Of a stretch of 64,000 nucleotides of DNA, positions 28,923-35,924 are shown in pieces; within the stretch, counting starts at the first letter, position 1; every line of letters starts with the position of its first letter. The stretch is taken from contig JAMPAI010000001.1 in NCBI GenBank assembly GCA_023667315.1, positions 72,914 through 136,913 on the forward strand, given 5' to 3'. The position numbers were made by a program, and so were the translations under genes. The notes beneath the pieces were generated by a model, which was given only the letters and a program-made list of their open reading frames with translations, was not told where the DNA came from and searched no databases. The DNA is from Ruminococcus flavefaciens (GTDB lineage: Bacteria; Bacteroidota; Bacteroidia; Bacteroidales; P3).

Positions 28923-30326
28923 ATGACAAGCTATATGGAAAAGAAAAAATTGACGATTGAACAATTGATCTCTATGCGGGAAAGCGAGGATCGTGTAGAG
29001 TTTAAAGCTTGTCAGCAAGGAAATATGTCGTTTAACGGTGTCGATAAAACCAAACCGAGCGATCGTCGAAAATGCATACTCGGTTATACGGTTGCCCTTT
29101 CCAATGCCGGTGGCGGTTATCTCGTGTTTGGAATGCACGATGCATATCCTCATAAAGTTGTGGGAACCAAACAAAACGAGAATTCTTTGGGGCAACTTGA
29201 AAATGACATATACAAGGCATTTCCACAAGCCAAGGTGATGCACGAGTATCGTAATACCGAAGGACAGGAACGCTTTGACAAACGTATGTCTTTTGGCGAA
29301 CCTTTCTACATTTTGATTGATAAAGTCTGGAAGGCCATCGATGCCCGTAATGGAAATGTTCCCGTTCAAGAGGGAGCCTATATATTTGATATACCTTTCT
29401 TTAACGAGGAAGTGATTCGTGAAGTGGTTAACAATGCTTTTGCACACCGTGATTATCGCCTTGGCAGTGAAATTGTCATCAAGCAATGCCCTACCAAATT
29501 GTCGATTGTAAGTCCCGGCGGCTTTCCTCTGGGTGTTACCCTCGATAATATACTGACTGTTTCAAGTACGCCCCGCAACCGGCTTTTGGCGGATGTACTT
29601 GCGATGACCGGTATTGTGGAACGTTCCGGTCAGGGAATGGATGTAATCTTTCGATTGACCCTTTCGGAGGGAAAACAAAAACCAGACTATAATCAAACGG
29701 ATGACTATCAAGTTACAGCCATCTTGTCTGCAACCGTGAAAGATCCGGGTTTCGCCTTGTTTATCAAAAGCATTCAACAAGAACTACCGGAAAACCAAAA
29801 ATTATCGGTGTTTGATATATTGACTTTTCGTGCCATACACGAGGGGTATCAACCTAAGGATAAGGACACTGCGAAAAGGTTGTTTTCTATGGGTTTTCTC
29901 GAGAAAAGAGGCAAGACCTCGGCCATACGTTATATTTTGCCGCGTCGTTATTATGAGTTGACCAATAAACTTTCGGAGTATTCAAGGTTGACAGATTGGG
30001 ATGACGAACAGGTTTGGGCTGTTTTGTTTCCCTACCTTCGTAAGTATGGAAAGGCCAAGAAAGCAGATATAGCCAACCTGATAGGCAACCATATATCGGA
30101 GACTCAATTACGCCGGGTTATCGAACGGTTAACAGAGCAGGGAATGCTTACCAAAAACGGCAAAACAACAAATACCGTGTATTCTATATCCTCGGCGTAT
30201 CTGGCTCGATTGGATGTACTGACCGAAGCAACCAAGATAGGGCTTGGCCAAATGAAGAAAGATGCGGGGTTATCATCAAGTGACGGAACAAGTGACGGAA
30301 CAAGAGGACAAAAAGAAGAGGTTTAA
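28923..30326 (+). CDS. AlbA_2 (Schlafen-like) DNA-binding domain + HATPase_c_4-like protein, annotated in databases as putative ATP-dependent DNA helicase RecG-related/transcriptional regulator
   Basis: ORF 28920-30326 (TTG; ATG at 28923 or 28935). N-terminal ESEDRVEFKA (AlbA_2 signature). Mid-region REVVNNAFAHRDYRLGSEIVIKQCPTKLSIVSPGGFP...STPRNRLLADVL...ERSGQGMDVI. Visibly AT-richer than its neighbours. Confidence 0.75.
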   Translation: MTSYMEKKKLTIEQLISMRESEDRVEFKACQQGNMSFNGVDKTKPSDRRKCILGYTVALSNAGGGYLVFGMHDAYPHKVVGTKQNENSLGQLENDIYKAFPQAKVMHEYRNTEGQERFDKRMSFGEPFYILIDKVWKAIDARNGNVPVQEGAYIFDIPFFNEEVIREVVNNAFAHRDYRLGSEIVIKQCPTKLSIVSPGGFPLGVTLDNILTVSSTPRNRLLADVLAMTGIVERSGQGMDVIFRLTLSEGKQKPDYNQTDDYQVTAILSATVKDPGFALFIKSIQQELPENQKLSVFDILTFRAIHEGYQPKDKDTAKRLFSMGFLEKRGKTSAIRYILPRRYYELTNKLSEYSRLTDWDDEQVWAVLFPYLRKYGKAKKADIANLIGNHISETQLRRVIERLTEQGMLTKNGKTTNTVYSISSAYLARLDVLTEATKIGLGQMKKDAGLSSSDGTSDGTRGQKEEV

Positions 30327-30369
30327 ACAATGATAATGTTTTATAATTAATTATATATCATTGTTTTTT
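30326..30369 (+). terminator. AT-rich hairpin plus T-run immediately before the ygiQ start
   Basis: aacaatgata (30326-30335) and tatcattgtt (30356-30365) form a perfect 10-bp inverted repeat with a 20-nt loop, followed by tttt. Confidence 0.55.
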
Positions 30370-30370
30370 G

Positions 30371-32203
30371 ATGACGGAACAAGTGACGGAACAGGATATG
30401 AAAACTGAAGTTTTCAATAAGATAGACCCCGACGCCCTGCCCATCGAGGCCTGGCTGCCCGTTTCCAAAAAGGAAATGGAGAAGCGCGGCTGGGAGCAGG
30501 CCGACATCATCCTGATAAGCGGCGACGCGTATGTGGACCATCCCTCGTTCGGCATCGCCGTGATCGGGCGTACCCTGGAGGCCGCCGGCTACAGGGTGGC
30601 CATCCTGCCGCAGCCCAACTGGCGCGACGACCTGCGCGACTTCAGGAAACTGGGCAGGCCGCGGCTGTTCTTCGGCGTTTCGGCGGGCAGCATGGACTCG
30701 ATGGTGAACCACTACACGGCGCGCAAGCGCCTGCGCAGCAACGACGCCTATACCCCCGGCGGGCAGGCCGGTTTTCGCCCCGATTACCCCACCATCGTTT
30801 ATTCAAAGATACTCAAGGAGATATATCCCGACGTGCCGGTGGTTGTCGGCGGCATCGAGGCCTCGATGCGCCGCATCACGCACTACGACTACTGGCAGGA
30901 TAGGCTGCGGCCCTCTTTTCTGGTGGAAAGCGGCGCCGACCTGCTCGTGTACGGCATGGGCGAGAAACCCATCGTGGAGATAGCCCGGCAACTGGAGCGG
31001 AACCCGCGCGCCGAGGCCTGCCGGAACATCCTGCAGGTATCTTACCTGGAGAAAGGCGCGCCGAGGCCTTCGCCGGTGCCCGAAGCCGACCTGGTGCTGG
31101 AGCCGCACGAACGCTGCCTTAAGGACAAGCGTTGCCAGGCCGGGAACTTCGCCGTGGTGGAAACGGCCTCGAACATGATGCGCTGCGGGCGTATCCTGCA
31201 GAAGACCGCTTGGGGCACGGTGGTGGTGAACCCGCCCTTTCCGTTCGAGCCGGGCGGCCACGAGATCGACAAAAGCTTCGACCTGCCGTACACCCGCCTG
31301 CCGCACCCCCGCTACAAGAACCGGGGCGAGATACCGGCCTTCACGATGATCCAGAACTCGATCACCCTGCACCGGGGCTGTTTCGGCGGCTGCTCGTTCT
31401 GCACCATTTCCGCCCATCAGGGCAAGCACGTGCACAGCCGCAGCGAGGAATCGGTACTGAAGGAGATACAACAGCTTGCCCGGATGCCGTATTTTAAGGG
31501 CAATCTGAGCGATTTGGGTGGGCCGAGCGCCAATATGTACGGAATGCACGGAAAAGACCTCGCAAAATGCGCCAGATGCAAGAAGCCGTCCTGTCTCTTT
31601 CCGTCCATCTGCCCGAACCTGAACCCCGACCACAGTACACTGCTCGAATTATACAAAAAGGCGGCATCCCTGCCCGGCGTGCGCCGCGTGTTCATCGGCA
31701 GCGGCGTGCGCTACGACCTGCTGGTGCCCTACCTCGAGACGGGCGGCAGGGGAAGGCCCTCGCAGAACCATGCGCGGGAATACGCCCAATGGCTTATAGA
31801 AAACGGGGTTTCGGGACGCCTGAAGGTGGCGCCCGAACACACCGAGGCGTCGGTGCTGGAAAGGATGCGCAAGATGCCGTTCTCGCAGTTCGAGGAATTC
31901 AAGCGTTTCTTCGACGGGCACTGCCGCAGCCGCCACCTCAACTTCCAGCTGATTCCGTATTTTATCTCCGCCCATCCGGGCTGCACCCAAAAGGATATGG
32001 AACGCCTGCAGGAGAAAACCAGACACCTGGGCTACAAGCTGGAGCAGGTGCAGCTCTTTACGCCCACCCCGATGACGCTCTCCACCGAAACCTACTACAC
32101 GGGACTGGACCCCTACACGCTAAAGCCGGTGTTTACGGAGCGGGATTTTGCCAGACGGGACAGGCAGACCGATTGTTTCTTCTGGTACAAAATTCGGCAA
32201 TAA
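30371..32203 (+). CDS. ygiQ: YgiQ-family radical SAM protein (UPF0313)
   Basis: ORF 30368-32203 (ATG at 30371). ILISGDAYVDHPSFGIAVIGR, MDSMVNHYTARKRLRSNDAYTPGG and the CxxxCxxC motif CFGGCSFC closely parallel E. coli YgiQ. Confidence 0.9.
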   Translation: MTEQVTEQDMKTEVFNKIDPDALPIEAWLPVSKKEMEKRGWEQADIILISGDAYVDHPSFGIAVIGRTLEAAGYRVAILPQPNWRDDLRDFRKLGRPRLFFGVSAGSMDSMVNHYTARKRLRSNDAYTPGGQAGFRPDYPTIVYSKILKEIYPDVPVVVGGIEASMRRITHYDYWQDRLRPSFLVESGADLLVYGMGEKPIVEIARQLERNPRAEACRNILQVSYLEKGAPRPSPVPEADLVLEPHERCLKDKRCQAGNFAVVETASNMMRCGRILQKTAWGTVVVNPPFPFEPGGHEIDKSFDLPYTRLPHPRYKNRGEIPAFTMIQNSITLHRGCFGGCSFCTISAHQGKHVHSRSEESVLKEIQQLARMPYFKGNLSDLGGPSANMYGMHGKDLAKCARCKKPSCLFPSICPNLNPDHSTLLELYKKAASLPGVRRVFIGSGVRYDLLVPYLETGGRGRPSQNHAREYAQWLIENGVSGRLKVAPEHTEASVLERMRKMPFSQFEEFKRFFDGHCRSRHLNFQLIPYFISAHPGCTQKDMERLQEKTRHLGYKLEQVQLFTPTPMTLSTETYYTGLDPYTLKPVFTERDFARRDRQTDCFFWYKIRQ

Positions 32204-32315
32204 AAGGGTGATCTGCTTCCTTGCTTCGGGCTCGCTCTTCGGTCACGTACTGAAGTACGCTCCCTCAGGCTTAGACCTCGCGGCGTTGCATCTCACACCT
32301 TTTATTGCCGAATTT
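32190..32315. repeat. copy B of the 90-nt GC-rich element enclosed by an 18-bp perfect inverted repeat that includes the ygiQ stop codon
   Basis: The arms are aaattcggcaataaaagg (32190-32207) and ccttttattgccgaattt (32298-32315). The 90-nt interior contains cgtac-tgaa-gtacg (32246-32259). Confidence 0.78.
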
Positions 32316-32354
32316 GGCGGTCTGGCGGGTTTTCTGCGAGATGGCTTGTAAAAC

Positions 32355-32383
32355 AAAAGGGCTTGTCTGTGACAAGCCCTTTT
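32355..32383. terminator. bidirectional rho-independent terminator between ygiQ and tdh
   Basis: aaaagggcttgtc-tgt-gacaagccctttt, a perfect 13-bp stem with A/T runs on both sides. Confidence 0.8.
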
Positions 32384-32405
32384 GTAAAAATTGCAGTGCA
32401 AGGTT

Positions 32406-33374
32406 TTAGAACTTGCCGGCCTTGTATTTTTCGCCCACCAGCTGGAGCATTTCCTTGGTCATGGTGTCCAGGTCGTAGGCCGGTTTCCAATCCCATTCAG
32501 CGCGGGCGCAGCTGTCGTCGATCGAATTGGGCCACGAGTCGGCGATGGCCTGGCGGAAGTCGGGCTTGTACACGATTTCCAGGTTCGGCATGTATTTCTT
32601 TACCGATTCGTACATGTCCTTGGGCGTTACGCTGAAGGCGGCGATGTTGTAACCCGTGCTGTGCTTGAGGCGGCTCTTTTCGGCATGGAAAAGGTCGATG
32701 GTGGCCTTCAAGCAGTCGGGCATGTACATCATGGGAAGCATGGAGTTCTCGGACAGGAAGCATTCGAACTTGCCGTACTTGATGGCGTCGTAGTAAATCT
32801 GCACCGCGTAGTCGGTGGTGCCGCCGCCGGGCAGGGTCTCGCTCGAGATGATGCCGGGGTAGCGCACGCCGCGGATATCCATGCCGAACTTGTCGATGTA
32901 GTACTGACCTAAGAGTTCGCACGAAACCTTGGTGATGCCGTACATGGTGGAAGGTTGCAGCACGGTGTCCTGCGGGGTCATGTCGGCGGGGGTGGTGGGG
33001 CCGAAGGCGGCCATGGAGCTGGGGGCGAAGATACGCTTGATGCCCTTTTCCTTGGCCACGTTATATACGTTGATGGTGCCGCCCATGTTGATGTTCCAGG
33101 CCAGCATGGGGTTCTTCTCGCCCACGGCCGACAGGATGGCGGCCAGGTGGAAGATGGCGTCGATCTGGTACTTGTCGATGAGTTCTGCCAAACGCTTGCC
33201 GTCCAAAACATCCAGTTGTTCGATAGGACCGCCGTTCTTGATCTTGTCGGTTACCCGGTTCAAGTCCAAGTCGGTGGCAATTACATTTTCACCTCCGTAA
33301 ATCTTACGCAAGGCACAGGTAAGTTCCGAGCCGATCTGCCCGAAAGAACCCGTTAACAGAATACGCTTTATCAT
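32406..33374 (-). CDS. tdh: L-threonine 3-dehydrogenase, SDR/UDP-glucose 4-epimerase-like type
   Basis: 322 aa. ILLTGSFGQIGSEL Rossmann motif, YGITKVSCE (YxxxK) and GGGTTDYAV, typical of short-chain type TDH. Confidence 0.85.
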   Translation of the reverse strand: MIKRILLTGSFGQIGSELTCALRKIYGGENVIATDLDLNRVTDKIKNGGPIEQLDVLDGKRLAELIDKYQIDAIFHLAAILSAVGEKNPMLAWNINMGGTINVYNVAKEKGIKRIFAPSSMAAFGPTTPADMTPQDTVLQPSTMYGITKVSCELLGQYYIDKFGMDIRGVRYPGIISSETLPGGGTTDYAVQIYYDAIKYGKFECFLSENSMLPMMYMPDCLKATIDLFHAEKSRLKHSTGYNIAAFSVTPKDMYESVKKYMPNLEIVYKPDFRQAIADSWPNSIDDSCARAEWDWKPAYDLDTMTKEMLQLVGEKYKAGKF

Positions 33375-33403
33375 AATGATTATTGTTTTCCCTTAAGCGG
33401 GCG

Positions 33404-33411
33404 CGAAGTTA
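33404..33411 (-). promoter_or_regulatory. -7 box variant TAacTTCG upstream of tdh
   Basis: Minus strand reads aaaatgTAACTTCGcgccc, 29 nt upstream of the ATG at 33374. Confidence 0.4.
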
Positions 33412-33552
33412 CATTTTTTTTTGATTGATTGGGCGGGGTGTTTTGGGGCGAGTCGGGCAGTTTTTGGGGCGATAGGGGCCAGTCATCAACAGCATCGCTG
33501 TGTCACGCAACGGCTTCGACAGAGAGATAAAGAGGCTGAAAGAAAATGGTTT

Positions 33553-33586
33553 ACAAAAAAGGGGGCGATTCTTACGAATCGCCCCA
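33553..33586 (-). terminator. rho-independent terminator after the NfnAB-like gene
   Basis: Minus strand reads GGGGCGATTC-GTAA-GAATCGCCCC followed by CTTTTTTGT. Confidence 0.8.
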
Positions 33587-33612
33587 CCTCATAACATCAG
33601 AGTTCCGGAAAA

Positions 33613-35913
33613 CTATTTCCCCATAACATAAGCATCGATCGCGGCGGCGGCCTTGCGGGCGGCGCCCATGGCGAGGATAACCGTGGCGGCGCCGCTTACC
33701 ACGTCGCCGGCGGCGAATACGCCGGGACGGGAGGTAACGCCCTTTTCATCGGCCACGATGCAGCCCTTGCGGTTGGTTTCCAGGCCTTGTATCGAGTGCG
33801 CCAGCATCGGGTTGGCCACCGTGCCGAGCGACATGATCACTTCGTCCACCTCCACGTCGAATTCCGAACCGGGCATTTCCACCGGGCTGCGGCGGCCCGA
33901 AGCGTCGGGTTCACCCAATTCCATGCGGATGCAGCGGATGGCACGCACCCAGCCGTTTTCATCGCTCAGGATTTCCACCGGGTTGGTCAACTCCATAAAG
34001 TGGATGCCTTCTTCGTGCGCGTGGTGCACCTCTTCCTTGCGGGCCGGCATCTCGTTTTCGGTACGGCGGTAGATGATATACACGTCAGAACCCAGACGCT
34101 TGGCGGTGCGGGCGGCATCCATGGCCACGTTTCCCCCGCCCACCACGGCCACCTTCTTGCCGATGAACACCGGCGTGGCGTAGTCCTCGCGGTAAGCCTT
34201 CATCAAGTTGGAGCGCGTCAGCAACTCGTTGGCCGACACGACCCCGTTCAGATTCTCGCCCGGAATGTTCATGAAGCGGGGCAGACCCGCGCCCGAGCCG
34301 ATAAACACGGCATCGTATTTCTCAACGTCCATCAGGTGGTTCACTGTGTCGGTCTTGCCGATAATCACGTCCGTCTCGAATTCCACGCCCAGTTTCTTGA
34401 GGTTCTCGATTTCGTGCGCCACGATTGCCTTGGGCAGACGGAATTCGGGAATACCGTACACCAACACGCCGCCGGCCTTGTGCAGGGCCTCGAAAACGGT
34501 TACGGAGTAGCCTTTCTTGGCAAGGTCGCCGGCACAGGTAAGACCTGCGGGGCCGCTGCCCACCACGGCGATGCGCTTGCCGTTGGAGGCCGGTTTCTCC
34601 ACCTTTGCGCCACCCTTGGCACGGGTGTAGTCGGCCACGAAACGTTCCAGCTTGCCGATGGCCACCGGCTCGAACTTCTTGCCCATCACGCAGGAGCCTT
34701 CACATTGCGATTCCTGCGGGCACACGCGGCCGCACACCGCCGGCAGCGCCGAGTCGATGGCGATCACGCGGGCGGCTTCCTCGAAATTGCGTTCGGTAAT
34801 CTGGTGGATGAACTGCGGAATCTTGATCGACACCGGGCAGGCGTCCATACAGGCCGGTTTCTTGCATTGCAGGCAGCGCGAGGCTTCCAGTACGGCTTCT
34901 TCCTCGTTGTATCCTAAGCAGACTTCCTTAAAGTTCCTGCTGCGTTCAACGGGATCCTGTTCCTTTACGGGTACGCGCTTTTTCTTGTCCAGTTCGCAGA
35001 CACCGCCCTCGCAGGCGCGCAGGGCCGCCGATTCTTCTACGGCAGCGGCCAGGTTGCAGTGATGGTCTTCGGTGTTCTTGGCGATTTCGTGTTTCTTGTA
35101 CATGCCCTGACGGCGCATGGCCTCGTCGAAATCCACCTGATGGGCGTCGAATTCGGGGCCGTCCACGCAGGCGAACTTGGTCTTGCCGCCCACCGTTACG
35201 CGGCAGGCGCCGCACATGCCCGTTCCATCGACCATAAGCGTGTTGAGGCTCACCACGGTGGGAATGTTGTATTCCTTGGTGAGCAAGGACACGAACTTCA
35301 TCATGATCATGGGGCCGATACAGATTACTTGGTCGTATTTCTTGCCCTTGTTGTCGATAAGGTCCTTGATGAGGTCGGTAACGCGGCCGTGGAAACCGGC
35401 GGTGCCGTCGTCGGTGCAGAGGAACACTTCCTTGCCTACCGCGCGCATTTCTTTTTCGAGTACGAAAAGATTGGCCGAACGCGCACCGAGAATAACATCA
35501 CAGTTCACCCCGTTTTCGTGCATCCACTTAACCTGCGGATATACGGGAGCGGCCGCGAAACCACCCGCCACAAAGAGGATATTGCGTTTCTTTACTTCCG
35601 CCAGGTCTTCTTCCATAAAGTCGGAAGGCCGTCCGAGGGGTCCCACCACATCCTGGAAGCAGTCTCCCACGTTGAACGCGCCCAGTTTCTTGGTGGATGC
35701 GCCCAGCATCTGGAAAACGATGCGGATGGTGCCGCGCTGCGTGTCGTAATCGCACACGGTGAGGGGAATGCGTTCGCCCTTTTCGTCGGGAATCACGATA
35801 AGGAACTGTCCCGGCTTGGCCGATTCCGCCAGACGGGGCGCATAGACCTGCATGCTGATGATTTCGGGAGCAAGGGTTTCTTTCTCCAGAATTTCAAAAC
35901 GTTTTGTTGCCAT
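33613..35913 (-). CDS. fused NfnA-like (FAD/NAD, 2Fe-2S) + NfnB/GltD-like (NADPH-dependent glutamate synthase small-subunit type) oxidoreductase
   Basis: 766 aa. The N-terminal half resembles PyrK/sulfide dehydrogenase gamma (GTGMCGACRV). The C-terminal half has CLQCKKPACMDACP and VAVVGSGPAGLTCAGDLAKKG. Confidence 0.85.
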   Translation of the reverse strand: MATKRFEILEKETLAPEIISMQVYAPRLAESAKPGQFLIVIPDEKGERIPLTVCDYDTQRGTIRIVFQMLGASTKKLGAFNVGDCFQDVVGPLGRPSDFMEEDLAEVKKRNILFVAGGFAAAPVYPQVKWMHENGVNCDVILGARSANLFVLEKEMRAVGKEVFLCTDDGTAGFHGRVTDLIKDLIDNKGKKYDQVICIGPMIMMKFVSLLTKEYNIPTVVSLNTLMVDGTGMCGACRVTVGGKTKFACVDGPEFDAHQVDFDEAMRRQGMYKKHEIAKNTEDHHCNLAAAVEESAALRACEGGVCELDKKKRVPVKEQDPVERSRNFKEVCLGYNEEEAVLEASRCLQCKKPACMDACPVSIKIPQFIHQITERNFEEAARVIAIDSALPAVCGRVCPQESQCEGSCVMGKKFEPVAIGKLERFVADYTRAKGGAKVEKPASNGKRIAVVGSGPAGLTCAGDLAKKGYSVTVFEALHKAGGVLVYGIPEFRLPKAIVAHEIENLKKLGVEFETDVIIGKTDTVNHLMDVEKYDAVFIGSGAGLPRFMNIPGENLNGVVSANELLTRSNLMKAYREDYATPVFIGKKVAVVGGGNVAMDAARTAKRLGSDVYIIYRRTENEMPARKEEVHHAHEEGIHFMELTNPVEILSDENGWVRAIRCIRMELGEPDASGRRSPVEMPGSEFDVEVDEVIMSLGTVANPMLAHSIQGLETNRKGCIVADEKGVTSRPGVFAAGDVVSGAATVILAMGAARKAAAAIDAYVMGK

Positions 35914-35924
35914 TATTGTGCTTT

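Noticed and set aside
28908-29486. 192-aa minus-strand ORF inside the AlbA_2 gene.
   Set aside because: It is antisense to a gene with clear domain signatures. In AT-rich sequence such frames arise by chance, and no motifs were recognised.
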